Shown here one piece after another: positions 1-10,026 of a DNA stretch of 64,000 nt. The notes under the pieces are model-generated. The model made no database searches. It saw nothing but the letters and a program-made list of their open reading frames with translations, and was not told the DNA's origin. Positions within the stretch are counted from its first letter, which is position 1, and each line of letters starts with the position of its first letter. The position numbers and the translations under genes are program-made. Source of the DNA: an uncultured Spirochaetota bacterium (GTDB lineage: Bacteria > Spirochaetota > Spirochaetia > SZUA-6 > Fen-1364); the NCBI GenBank assembly GCA_963781885.1, contig CAWAHW010000004.1, positions 32,001-96,000 of the forward strand, read 5' to 3'.

Positions 1-1
1 G

Positions 2-385
2 GGCAGCTTCAAGGTGCTCGTGGCAACCGACATCGCCGCGCGGGGCATCGACGTGGAAGCCCTGGGCTCCGTCGTGAACTTCGACGTGCCGCACCAGGCG
101 GATGACTACATCCACCGCGTGGGCCGCACCGCGCGGGCGCATCTCACCGGGGACGCCTATACGCTCGTGTCCCCCGAGGAAGACAGGGATTTCGGCGCGA
201 TCGAGCGCGCCCTGGGCAAGCGCCTTTCGCGGATGACCGTGGAAGGTTTCGACTACACCTCAAAGCCAACGGCGGCGCGTGCCGCCGGATCGGCGCAGCG
301 GACTCCCGTGCAGCAGCCGCGGCGGAATGGCGCCGCGCATCGGTATGCGGCGCCGGGCAACAGGGATCCACGCAGGCGAAGGTAA
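2..385 (+). CDS. DEAD/DEAH-box RNA helicase, C-terminal part (5'-truncated by window)
   Basis: Helicase motifs V (ATDIAARGIDV) and VI (YIHRVGRTARA), followed by a basic low-complexity tail as in RhlE-like helicases. Confidence 0.92.
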   Translation, partial: GSFKVLVATDIAARGIDVEALGSVVNFDVPHQADDYIHRVGRTARAHLTGDAYTLVSPEEDRDFGAIERALGKRLSRMTVEGFDYTSKPTAARAAGSAQRTPVQQPRRNGAAHRYAAPGNRDPRRRR

Positions 386-395
386 AGGAGACAGA

Positions 396-887
396 ATGAA
401 AAGCGTTCATGAAGCGGTCGTCAAGGACATCGACGGAAAAGAGAGATCGCTCTCCGAGTTTGCGGGCAAGGTGCTTCTGATCGTGAATGTCGCGAGCAAG
501 TGCGGCTTCACGCCCCAGTACAAGAATCTCCAGGCGCTGTACACGAAATTCGCACAGCGCGGCTTCGAGATCCTTGGATTTCCGTCCAATGATTTCGCAC
601 ACCAGGAACCGGGCACCGAAGCGGAGATCAAGACATTCTGCAGCACCACCTACGGAGTCACCTTCCCGATGTTCGCGAAGATTTCCGTCAAGGGCAGGGA
701 GATACACCCACTGTACGCGTTCCTGACGGAGAAGGCCACGAATCCGCAGTTCCCCGGCAAGATCACGTGGAACTTCAACAAGTTCGTCATCGATCGCAAG
801 GGGGTCGTCGTGGCCCGGTTCGACTCCAAGGACGACCCGCTGGGCGACAAGATACCCCGGATGGTGGAGCTCACCCTCGACCGATAG
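396..887 (+). CDS. Glutathione peroxidase (Cys-type, BtuE/Gpx family)
   Basis: Motifs NVASKCGFTPQY, LGFPSNDF..QEPG and WNFNKF; AAGGAG RBS before ATG 396. Confidence 0.95.
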   Translation: MKSVHEAVVKDIDGKERSLSEFAGKVLLIVNVASKCGFTPQYKNLQALYTKFAQRGFEILGFPSNDFAHQEPGTEAEIKTFCSTTYGVTFPMFAKISVKGREIHPLYAFLTEKATNPQFPGKITWNFNKFVIDRKGVVVARFDSKDDPLGDKIPRMVELTLDR

Positions 888-927
888 TGCCTTCCGTACC
901 GCGGGGCATGGGGCCGTCGCGCACCGG

Positions 928-956
928 TTGCTACACGGTGCGCCGGTTGCTATACT
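928..956 (+). promoter_or_regulatory. Sigma70-type promoter of gpmA (probably leaderless)
   Basis: TTGCTA(928-933)-N17-TATACT(951-956) with extended TG; ATG lies 6 nt after the -10 and there is no SD. Confidence 0.6.
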
Positions 957-962
957 GCGGTC

Positions 963-1709
963 ATGACACGGCTGGTATTGCTTCGGCATGGCGAAAGTGA
1001 GTGGAACAAGGAAAACCGGTTCACCGGGTGGACCGACGTCGACCTGTCGGACAAGGGCAGGAGCGAGGCGAAGAGCGCCGGTCAGAGACTGCGCGCCGAA
1101 GGGTACGTGTTCGACCTCGCCTTCACCTCCGTCCTGAAGCGCGCCATCCGCACGCTGTGGATCGCGCTCGACGAAATGGACCTCATGTGGATCAAGGTCC
1201 AGAACAGCTGGCGGCTGAACGAGCGCCACTACGGCGGGCTGCAGGGCTTGAACAAGGCGGAGACCGCGTCGAAGTACGGCGAGGAGCAGGTCCACATCTG
1301 GCGCCGCAGCTACGACGTGCCGCCCCCGCCGCTGGAGGCAAGCGATCCGCGGCATCCGTCCCGCGATCCCCGCTATCGCGACCTCGCGCCAAAGGACCTC
1401 CCGCTCACGGAATGCCTGAAGGATACCGTCGCGCGCGCCGTGCCCTACTGGCATGATGCCATTGCCCCGGCCCTCCGCGCGGGAAAAAAGCTCATCATCG
1501 CGGCGCATGGCAACAGCATCCGGGCGCTGGTGAAGATGCTCGATTCCATCTCCGATGCCGACATCGCCGGGCTGGACATTCCCACGGGCATTCCCTTGAT
1601 CTACGAGCTGGATGACGCGCTTGCGCCGATCAAGCACTACTACCTCGCCGACCAGGCGGAGCTGGAGAAGGCCGTGGCATCGGTCAAGAGCCAGGGCAAG
1701 GCAAAATAG
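963..1709 (+). CDS. gpmA: 2,3-bisphosphoglycerate-dependent phosphoglycerate mutase
   Basis: [43 protein letters not shown]; 248 aa. Confidence 0.98.
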   Translation: MTRLVLLRHGESEWNKENRFTGWTDVDLSDKGRSEAKSAGQRLRAEGYVFDLAFTSVLKRAIRTLWIALDEMDLMWIKVQNSWRLNERHYGGLQGLNKAETASKYGEEQVHIWRRSYDVPPPPLEASDPRHPSRDPRYRDLAPKDLPLTECLKDTVARAVPYWHDAIAPALRAGKKLIIAAHGNSIRALVKMLDSISDADIAGLDIPTGIPLIYELDDALAPIKHYYLADQAELEKAVASVKSQGKAK

Positions 1710-1746
1710 CGGCCAAGAGCTTCCCCGAGGCTCCCGGGACACACCC

Positions 1747-3129
1747 ATGACGACTCGGTATCGCGAGGTCACCCTCGGTCACATGCTCACCATCGCCTTC
1801 CCCCTGGTCGTCTCCCAGGGATCGGAGACGGTCATGCTCTTCTGCAACCGGTATTTCGTCTCATTTCTCGGATCGGATTTCATCCCCGCCTCCATGAGCG
1901 GCGGTCTCACGCAGTTCGTCTTCACCTCGTTCTTCGGTGGGGTCGTGGGGTACGTGAACGCGCTCGCCGCGCAGTACCACGGGGCGGGTCGGCCCGAGCG
2001 TTGCGTGCAGGCCGTCTCCCAGGGTTTGCTGCTCTCCGTCATTTTCTACCCCTGCCTTCTCGCGCTCATCCCGCTCGTGCATCGCGGTTTCGGCTGGGCA
2101 GGGCACGATCCGCATCTCATCGCCCTCGAGTTCGCCTATTTCCGCATCCTGATGCTCGGGTCGATGCTCTTTCTCCTGCAGGGCGTGCTCGCGGGCTACT
2201 TCATCGGGACGGGAAAGACGCGAACGGTGATGCTCGCCAGCTTTTTCGGCATCTTCGCGAATATTCCCATGACGTGGCTGCTGGTATTCGGGAAGCTTGG
2301 CGTTCCCCGGCTGGGCATCGAGGGGGCGGCCATCGGCACCCTCTGCGGATCGTTCTTCACGGTCGGCATTCTCTTCATCTCCTACCTGCGGAGTCCTCCC
2401 TACCGCGCCCATCACGGTAGCGGCGCGTGGAAGCCCCGACCGGAGCTCCTTGCACGGCTTCTTCGCTATGGCACGCCGGCAGGCGCGGAGACATTCATCA
2501 ATGTCTTCGCATTCAACCTCTTCGTCCTCCTGATGCAGTCCTACAGCCCTTCGGTTGCCGCCGCCGTCACGATCACGTTCAACTATGACCTTGTCGCCTT
2601 CATCCCGATGCTCGGCGTCGGCGCGGCGGTGACGTCGATGGCGGCCCAGCGCATGGGCGCGGGCGACGTCCGGGGAGCGCGCCGCGTTGCATTTCTCGGT
2701 CTGCGCGTGGCGTGGGGGTACGCGGGCGTCATGATGGTCCTCTTTGTCACGGCCGCGCCTTTTCTGGTGAAGATCTTCTCGGGCGGCTTCACCTCCGGTG
2801 ACGAGGCGATCCTCCCGCTTGCGCAGACGCTGCTGCGCCTTGCCGCGCTCTATACCCTCGGGGACGCGACGCAGGTGGTCTTTTCCGGGGCGCTCCGCGG
2901 CGCCGGTGACACCAAGTGGGTGATGATCATTTCCGGCACCCTGCACTGGATCATGGCGACCGGCTCATTCATCTTCATCCGCATCCTCGTCCTGCCGCCG
3001 GTCGCGGTATGGCTGTTCTTCATCGCGTTTGTCGTCTCCATGGGATTCGCGATGTACCTGCGTCACCGCCGCGGCGCCTGGCAGAAGATGCGCCTCGTGG
3101 AGAGCGCGCCGGCACTCCCCCTGGCATGA
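1747..3129 (+). CDS. MATE family efflux transporter
   Basis: About 12 hydrophobic segments; PRLGIEGAAIGT and GALRGAGDTK signatures. Confidence 0.92.
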   Translation: MTTRYREVTLGHMLTIAFPLVVSQGSETVMLFCNRYFVSFLGSDFIPASMSGGLTQFVFTSFFGGVVGYVNALAAQYHGAGRPERCVQAVSQGLLLSVIFYPCLLALIPLVHRGFGWAGHDPHLIALEFAYFRILMLGSMLFLLQGVLAGYFIGTGKTRTVMLASFFGIFANIPMTWLLVFGKLGVPRLGIEGAAIGTLCGSFFTVGILFISYLRSPPYRAHHGSGAWKPRPELLARLLRYGTPAGAETFINVFAFNLFVLLMQSYSPSVAAAVTITFNYDLVAFIPMLGVGAAVTSMAAQRMGAGDVRGARRVAFLGLRVAWGYAGVMMVLFVTAAPFLVKIFSGGFTSGDEAILPLAQTLLRLAALYTLGDATQVVFSGALRGAGDTKWVMIISGTLHWIMATGSFIFIRILVLPPVAVWLFFIAFVVSMGFAMYLRHRRGAWQKMRLVESAPALPLA

Positions 3130-3217
3130 GCCGTCCCCTGCCCCGTGTAGGCCCGCGCCGGCATGTCGGTGGCGTCGAAGTATTGTTCGGATTGTGTCAA
3201 TTGGAAAGGATGAGCGG

Positions 3218-5574
3218 TTAATCCGTCTTTGCGCCGCGCGCGGCGTCGATCTGGCCCGCCAGACGCGCCAGGCGCGTGTCACGGTCCGCGACGAATCGGC
3301 GTATGCCCTCAAGGAGCCACGCAGGAGAGAGATGCGCCTCGTCGAGCACCTCATCCACGGAGCCGCCGGTGCGCCAACGGTTGTCCCAGTCCGTGGAAAG
3401 CGCGTATTCCTCCGCGACCTTGTTGAAAAGCCAGTCGTGCATCAGCCAGCGCGCCTGCGTGGTCACAACGGTGGAATCCATCCTGTCGGCGTCGGAGAGC
3501 ACCTGCCGCCGGTAGTCCTCGCCCTGGCGCGCGAAAAGCTGGGGGCTCGTCACGCAGACCAGCTTCACGTTGAGCGCGCGGAGGTCCGCGATGATCCGCA
3601 CAAGACCCGCCACCGCGCTCGTGCCCTGCGCAATGACCACGCCGCCCCGGCGGGCGCGCGGGTCGAAGTCGCGGACGACGTACGCGCCGCGTGCCGCTTC
3701 GAAGTGGGAGGGCATGCCGAGCGCCGCCCTGTCGGGGATGACGATCGGGGGACGCGTGAGGTGCAAGGCGATGATGGGCACGTCGGTCGCAAGGGCCGCT
3801 CCCAGCAGCACCGGCACCTCGTTGTGCTCCCACGGGTAGAGATTGATGACGCGCCCCTCGGGAAAGAGCTGCGTCACCCCCGGTGAGAACACGCCGAAAT
3901 GCGTGCGGCTGTCCTCCGCTGTCTCGGGGCCCGAATGCCCGGCGACATAGATGACCTTGCCGACCTTGAGCTGGCAGTCCTGCGCAAGCTGGCTGAAGAG
4001 ACGCAGCGGACCGTACAGGAGATAGGAGAATGAGCCGTACGTGGAGGTGGCGCCCCAGAAACCGTCGAAAACCTTCTCTGGCTCCGTGGACAAGTTCACG
4101 CTCGCCATGCCGACCATGATGCCGGCGTTCGCAAACTCCGTGATCTCCTGCGTGAGGAGCGCGCCCTCCGGCGAGCCGTGACGGCCGAACCAGCCCCATC
4201 CCTTGAAGCCGTCGCGCCCCCGCGCGAAGCCGGCGATATTCGTGGACTCCGCAAGGTCTGCGGAAGAGGCGATGATCAGCGGCCGGCCGTACTCTTTCTC
4301 TCCGAAGGAATTGATCCATGCGCCCCACTTGGCAAGGGCGGCGCGGTTGGCTGCCGACGTGCCCGGCGCAACGTAGAGGTCCGCGGGATAGTTGCGATAG
4401 TCGAAAAGCCGCGCGTCCGTGAAGGGGTTTCCTTTTGCGCCGAGACGGAAGCCGGGGATGTCGCGCGGCACGCTTTCCCCCAGCTCCACGAGCCTTTCGG
4501 CGAGGTAGTCGACCAGCGCACCGTCGCGGTGCAGCACGTCGATGACGGCCGCGAGGTTCGCAAGGCATTCCTCCCGCACGGCCGCAGGATCTTTGGGCGC
4601 CGCACCCCCGACATTCACGAAATGCGCGCCGTATTTTTCCGCGAACTCGCGGCGCAGCTGCCAGAACTTGTCGTCATTCATCTTGTGCGGCGTCCCGTGC
4701 GACGCGGCGTCATAGGTGAGGTAGCCGCGACCCTTGCGCGTCTTGAACCAGGCAGCGCTGGGAAGCGATTCGGGATTCTCCGCCCGCACCAGCTCCAGGA
4801 GCGTCCGGGTCACGGGACCCCAGGCGCTTCCCTCCTCCGTGCCGACCACGCGCCAGCCGTGACCGCCGAACCAGTCGCGCGGCGTGCCGGGCACGGCGTC
4901 GCTCACCCGGTGCTCGTCGATGCCATAGTCGTTCCAGTCGACCACGTAGTAGAGATTGTCCAGCGCGAGGCCCCAGGCGGAGTTCATCGTCTCGTGGGTG
5001 ACCCCGGGTGTAAGCCCCCCTTCCCCCTCGAAGATGAATACCTTGACGCCTTCCGCGCCGGCCCGTTTCAGCGCCACCGCCTCCCCGGCCGCTGCCGGGC
5101 TGCCATGACCGGAAGGGCCGGTGTTGAACTTCAGGAAGAGGCTCTTCCCTTCCATCTCCGCGTGGCCGGAGAGCCCCTTGTGCCGGCGGAGCATGGCGAG
5201 GTCCTCCCAGGTGAGCGTGCGCGCGGCGCCGCCGGGGACGGCGTACCGTGCATCGCCGGTCTCCCGGTGTTTCACCCGCAGAGCCTCGTTGAAGAGCGCG
5301 AGGGTGGCATAGATCATCGGCACCGTGTGCCCGGCGCCCAGCACGAACCGGTCGCCGAATCGCTTTTCCGGGTCCGGATGTCCCAGCGCATGACGCCGCC
5401 CAGGAGGGTCGCGATGAGGATGTGGAGCTTCGACCGGGAGCCGCCGGGGTGGCCGCTCTGTCGGTAGTTGAGCATGATGTCGAGAAGCTGCTCGATCAGA
5501 TCCTTCGTCTTTTCCCACTGCGGGAAAAGCGGCTCGAGTGACCGACAGCTTGTCTCGACGTCATTCATTTCCAT
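3218..5574 (-). CDS. tkt: Transketolase-like ThDP enzyme (~785 aa), split by a 1-nt frameshift near 5374
   Basis: N-terminal QSGHPGGSRS (ORF 5314..5574) continues as DPEKRFGDRFVLGAGH in ORF 3218..5518; SGHAE, NTGPSGHG, ThDP motif GEGG..N, SADL, and C-terminal transketolase domains. Confidence 0.85.
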
Positions 5575-6689
5575 CAGTGAAGCAGCTTCTCCAGAGGGCT
5601 GTAGGCGAGGTCAAAACTTTCCGCGACCGCGCGGCAGGTGATGGCTCCGTCGAAGAGATTGATGCCCTTTGCAATGGCCCGGCTGGAGGCAGCGGCCGCT
5701 TCCAGTCCCTTGGACGCAATGGTAAGGCCATACGAATCGGTCATATTTGTCAAGGCTATCGTGGAAGTCTTTGCCACGGCGCCGGGCATGTTCGCGACGC
5801 AGTAGTGCACGATGGAATCCACGATGAATGTCGGCGCGTCGTGCGTCGTGGGGTGCGTGGTCTCCACGCATCCTCCCTGGTCCACCGCGACGTCGACGAT
5901 GACGGAGCCCCTCTTCATGCTCGCCAGGTGCCCCTTGCGCAGGAGGATCGGGGCGCGCGCGCCGGCAACGAGCACCGCGCCGATGATCAGGTCGCTTTCC
6001 TCCGCGAGCTTCGCGATGTTCGCCTCGTTGCTGATGAGCGTCGTCACCTGGCCGCCGAAGAGGTCGTCCACGAACTCCAGCCTCTCGGGATTGAGGTCGA
6101 TCACCGTCGTTGCCGCGCCCAGACCGACGGCGATCTTTGCCGCGTTCAGGCCCACGGTTCCCGCGCCCAGGATGCCGACCCTCCCCTTGTCCACGCCGGG
6201 AACGCCGCCGAGCAGGACCCCGCTTCCGTTCTGGGGATTCTCCAGGCATTTCGCGCCTTCCTGGACGCTGAGACGTCCCGCGATCTGGCTCATCGGTTTG
6301 AGGAGGGGAAGCGTATGATCGTCCGTCTCGATCGTTTCGTAGGCCACCGCGCGCAGCCCACGCTCCCGCAGCGCATCGGTGAGCGTCCGATCCGCGGCCA
6401 GGTGCAGATAGGTGAAGAGGATCTGGCCGGGATGGAAGCAGTCATACTCCGCCGGCTGGGGCTCCTTCACCTTCACGATCATGTCGGAGAGGGCGAAAAT
6501 CTTCCGCGGGTCATCGACGATCGCGGCCCCCGCTCGCGCGTAGTCCGCATCGTCGAAACCCGCGCCGCGACCCGCCCCTTCCTGGATGGCCACGGTATGG
6601 CCGTTCTCCACGTATCGACGAGCCGACGCGGGCGTGAGCCCGACGCGGTACTCGTGACGCTTCACTTCCTTCAGACAGCCTATCCTCAT
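5574..6689 (-). CDS. ald: Alanine dehydrogenase
   Basis: MRIGCLKEVKRHEYRVGLTP, KVKEP, FTYLHLAA, LLGGVPGV, DVAVDQGGC, HYCVANMPGAV. Confidence 0.97.
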   Translation of the reverse strand: MRIGCLKEVKRHEYRVGLTPASARRYVENGHTVAIQEGAGRGAGFDDADYARAGAAIVDDPRKIFALSDMIVKVKEPQPAEYDCFHPGQILFTYLHLAADRTLTDALRERGLRAVAYETIETDDHTLPLLKPMSQIAGRLSVQEGAKCLENPQNGSGVLLGGVPGVDKGRVGILGAGTVGLNAAKIAVGLGAATTVIDLNPERLEFVDDLFGGQVTTLISNEANIAKLAEESDLIIGAVLVAGARAPILLRKGHLASMKRGSVIVDVAVDQGGCVETTHPTTHDAPTFIVDSIVHYCVANMPGAVAKTSTIALTNMTDSYGLTIASKGLEAAAASSRAIAKGINLFDGAITCRAVAESFDLAYSPLEKLLH

Positions 6690-6690
6690 C

Positions 6691-7329
6691 TCATCCCCCT
6701 GCCTTTGCGAGCCCCTCATGAAATCCCCTGACGATCAGGAAACCCGTTCGTGCACCCGGGTCCTCGACACCCCGGGATGCGTCCTTGTGGTAGAAACTTT
6801 TTCCGTGGGCGGGCTCCATGCCGCGCGTGGCTTCCATTCCGTCTTTTGCGGCCGTTTCGGCGGCGAGGAGGGCATCCGCAAGGGCGAGCTTGACGGTCCG
6901 GCGAAGCGCCTCGGCCGCGGGAGAAAGCGCGTCCAAGATGGTCTTTTCCCCGAGCTTCGCCTTGCCCCGTTCCATGATCCCCTGGACGAATGCCTCGAAA
7001 AAGGCGGCAAGCGCCGCGACGTCGATGTCCTGCCGACCGGCAACGGCCTTCCCGCCCTTCATGAATCCAGTGGCCACGAGCGTCCCCATGGTGGAGGGGG
7101 CGGCTTTTGCGACGGCCATGCCGACCTTCAGGAAGCACTTTCCGACGTCGGTCTCCGTGGACGCCGCCATCTCCACGTCCGCGGCGTGAAAGGCCTTTGC
7201 CATTGTCAGGCCCAGGTCGCCGTCTCCCATGAGGCTGTCCAGCTCCGTGAGCCGATCCTTGTCGGCATCCACCAGCTCCCGCATCCGGCGAAATACAGCC
7301 GGGAGCTCACGCGCGGCGAATGTTGTCAT
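6691..7329 (-). CDS. dhaL: Dihydroxyacetone kinase subunit L (DAK2 domain)
   Basis: LTELDSLMGDGDLGLTM, RGKAKLGEKTILDAL, DPGA motifs. Confidence 0.92.
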   Translation of the reverse strand: MTTFAARELPAVFRRMRELVDADKDRLTELDSLMGDGDLGLTMAKAFHAADVEMAASTETDVGKCFLKVGMAVAKAAPSTMGTLVATGFMKGGKAVAGRQDIDVAALAAFFEAFVQGIMERGKAKLGEKTILDALSPAAEALRRTVKLALADALLAAETAAKDGMEATRGMEPAHGKSFYHKDASRGVEDPGARTGFLIVRGFHEGLAKAGG

Positions 7330-7338
7330 GAAAGCCTC

Positions 7339-8352
7339 CTACAGCGGAATCTGGCCCTGCTGGAAGAAAGGCGTGCTCGCGGGGCGCGCAAGGAGCTGCC
7401 GGAGCTCGGCGTCCAGCCGCAGGAGGGAGATCGACATGCCCGCCATTTCCATTGACGTGGCGAACTCCCCCGCGTACACGCGGAACACGCCGATACCTTC
7501 CCGCGCCAGGATCTGTCCGATGCGGCGATACGCGATGTACAGCTCCTCCGCCGGCGTCCCACCCAGGCCGTTCACGAGCACGGCGACCTCGTCGCCGCGG
7601 CGGTACGGCAGATCGCCAAGCAACGGCTCCATCATCTCATCCACGATGGCATCCGCCTTCTTCAGCTTGCCCCGTCTCACGCCGGCCTCGCCATGGATGC
7701 CCATGCCGATCTCCATCTCCTCATCGCCGAGTGTGAATGTGGGCTTGCCGACTTCAGGGATGATGCACGGCGAGAGGGCGACGCCCATGGTCCGCACGTT
7801 CGCCGCGGCTTTCTCCGCCACCCGCTTCACCTCTGCGAGCGGGGCAAGCTCGTCCGCCTTTGCCCCGGCGACCTTGTAGACGAAAACGATGCCCGCGACG
7901 CCGCGGCGCTTGTCTTCCTGTCCCTTTGGCGCCGAGGCGACGTCCTCTGCCGCGGCAAGGGACTCCACGTGGATCCCTTCCACGTCGGCCATCTCGGCAG
8001 CCATGTCGAAGTTGATCACGTCGCCGCTGTAGTTGCCGTAGATATAGAGCACGCCGGCGCCGCCATCGATTGCCTTCGTCACGTTCAGCATCTGCTCGGC
8101 GCTCGGGGACTGGAAAACGCCGCCCACGGCGCAGCCGTCCAGCATTCCGTCACCGACGTAGCCGACGAAAAGGGGAAGGTGGCCCGAGCCGCCGCCGGTG
8201 GAGAGCCCCACCTTGCCCTTCCGCGGGGAGCCGGCCTTCACGATGCAGCGCAGGTCGTTTGCAACCGAGACGATCCTTGTGGGATGCGCGGCGATGAGGC
8301 CCTGGATCATCTCATCCACGAAATCCTCCGGCCTGTTCATGAACTTCTTCAT
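7339..8352 (-). CDS. dhaK: Dihydroxyacetone kinase subunit K (DAK1 domain); may be a tetrulose-kinase paralogue
   Basis: GGGSGHLP, GGVFQSPS, NYSGDVINF, RRGVAG, EIGMGIHGEAG; GGAGG RBS before ATG 8352. Confidence 0.93.
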   Translation of the reverse strand: MKKFMNRPEDFVDEMIQGLIAAHPTRIVSVANDLRCIVKAGSPRKGKVGLSTGGGSGHLPLFVGYVGDGMLDGCAVGGVFQSPSAEQMLNVTKAIDGGAGVLYIYGNYSGDVINFDMAAEMADVEGIHVESLAAAEDVASAPKGQEDKRRGVAGIVFVYKVAGAKADELAPLAEVKRVAEKAAANVRTMGVALSPCIIPEVGKPTFTLGDEEMEIGMGIHGEAGVRRGKLKKADAIVDEMMEPLLGDLPYRRGDEVAVLVNGLGGTPAEELYIAYRRIGQILAREGIGVFRVYAGEFATSMEMAGMSISLLRLDAELRQLLARPASTPFFQQGQIPL

Positions 8353-8366
8353 GGTTCCTCCAATCG

Positions 8367-9224
8367 TCAGAAGCTCTTCAGCCCCGGGCCCGATCGCTGG
8401 GAGATGTGCCAGGGGATGAATTGTCTTTCCAGGAGCCGCACAAGGTAGTACTGGCTCAAACCCAGGAGGGCGAGGACGACGATGACGGCAAACGCAAGGC
8501 TCATGTGGAGCTCGCCCGTCTGGATCTGCAGGTAGTAGCCCAGTCCCGTGTCCCCTCCGATCCACTCCCCGACCGTCGCGCCCACCGTGGCGTTCACCGC
8601 GGCCCAACGGAAACCGACGAATATCTGCGGAAGGGCGGCGGGAAGACGTATTCGCAGGAAGGTGGCCGTCTGGCCCGCGCCGGTCGTACGCGCGAAGAAC
8701 GAGAGCTCCTGGCTCATCGACATGAATCCCAGGATGCAATTGAGCAGGATCGGGAAAAAGCAGACGAGGAACGTGATCAGGATCTTCGGCGTGATGCCGA
8801 AGCCGAACCAGGTGATGAAAAGGGGGGCGAGCGCGATCTTCGGCACGAGCTGGAACGCGACGACGCCGGGATAGAAGGTGCGCTTCATGATGGGCGAAAA
8901 GGCGATCAGCAGGGAAAGCGGGACCCCGATGAGGATCGCCAGGACGAAGCCGCCGTAGCTTTCGTAGGCGGTGACGCCCAGGTAGCCCAGCATGAACGGG
9001 AAGTGGAGCACGAGCTGGACGACGACGGAGACCGGCCCGGGCAGGATGTAGGTCGGGACGCGGAGAATGTCGACCAGTACCTCCCAGAGGACGAAGAAAC
9101 CGAGTATGCCGAATATCGTCACGCGGATGTCGTTGGCCTTCCTCGACCCGCCCCGGTGCGCCGACCGCCCGCCAACATTCCTTTTTCCGCGGAACCCCCC
9201 CGCGGTGCCGGCCCGGTCAGCCAT
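8367..9224 (-). CDS. ABC transporter permease (NitT/TauT family)
   Basis: VPKIALAPLFITWFG, LPAALPQIF..GATVGEWIGG; start overlaps the upstream stop. Confidence 0.92.
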   Translation of the reverse strand: MADRAGTAGGFRGKRNVGGRSAHRGGSRKANDIRVTIFGILGFFVLWEVLVDILRVPTYILPGPVSVVVQLVLHFPFMLGYLGVTAYESYGGFVLAILIGVPLSLLIAFSPIMKRTFYPGVVAFQLVPKIALAPLFITWFGFGITPKILITFLVCFFPILLNCILGFMSMSQELSFFARTTGAGQTATFLRIRLPAALPQIFVGFRWAAVNATVGATVGEWIGGDTGLGYYLQIQTGELHMSLAFAVIVVLALLGLSQYYLVRLLERQFIPWHISQRSGPGLKSF

Positions 9225-10015
9225 TACATGCCCTCCTGGCGCTGCGAGATGTGCCACCGCAGGAGCCGCCCCTCCACGAGGGCGACGAGACCGTACAAGG
9301 CAAGCCCGAGCGCCGTGAGGACGATGATGGAAGCAAGCGCGAGGTCCGTGCGGAACGCCCCCGAGGAAACGGCGATGTAGTAGCCCAGACCCGCGTTCCC
9401 GCCGACCCATTCGGCGATCGTGGCGCCGACGGTGGCGTTGATCGCCGCGCCCTTCAGACCGATGAACACCTGGGGCAGCGCGGCGGGGAACCGGATCTTC
9501 CAGAACGTCCGCAGCGGGCTCGCGCCCGTGGACTGGCTGAAGAACTCCAGGTACTCATTCAGAGAGAGGAAGCCGAAGACGGCGTTGATCAGGATCGGGA
9601 AGAAGCAGACGAGAAAGACGACGACCATCTTCGAGCTGAACTGAAAGCCCAGCCAGACGACGAAAATGGGGGCAAAAGCGATCTTCGGGACCATCTCCAG
9701 CGTCACCGCGGCCGGGTAGAGCGTCTGGCGCATGAAGCGCGAAAAGGCGACGAGGATGGAGAGCGGGATCGCGAGGGCGGCGGAGATCGCGAAGCCCACC
9801 AGCGTTTCCACCGCGGTCGCCAGTGTATGGTGGCCGATGACGCGTATGTTCGTGACAAGCTGCGTGACGACGCTGGAAAACGCGGGAAGGATGTAGCGGG
9901 GTATCTTCAGGACCCGCACCGCCGCCTCCCAGAGGGCGCAGAAAAGGATGACGGCGAGCATGGGGAGCCACGAGCCTTTGACCGACCGCATGAATCGCGA
10001 GTCCATCGTGTGCAT
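9224..10015 (-). CDS. ABC transporter permease (NitT/TauT family)
   Basis: VPKIAFAPIFVVWLG, FPAALPQVF..GATIAEWVGG. Confidence 0.92.
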   Translation of the reverse strand: MHTMDSRFMRSVKGSWLPMLAVILFCALWEAAVRVLKIPRYILPAFSSVVTQLVTNIRVIGHHTLATAVETLVGFAISAALAIPLSILVAFSRFMRQTLYPAAVTLEMVPKIAFAPIFVVWLGFQFSSKMVVVFLVCFFPILINAVFGFLSLNEYLEFFSQSTGASPLRTFWKIRFPAALPQVFIGLKGAAINATVGATIAEWVGGNAGLGYYIAVSSGAFRTDLALASIIVLTALGLALYGLVALVEGRLLRWHISQRQEGM

Positions 10016-10026
10016 GTGCGGCGGCC

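Noticed and set aside
396-887. Possible selenocysteine glutathione peroxidase
   Set aside because: The active-site codon is TGC (Cys); there is no in-frame TGA.
144-1772. 542-aa minus-strand ORF, and many similar long antisense ORFs (e.g. 10909..13254, 29198..30859, 32107..33876, 51024..52532)
   Set aside because: They are shadows of well-supported genes on the opposite strand; high GC3 suppresses stop codons and they show no recognisable motifs.
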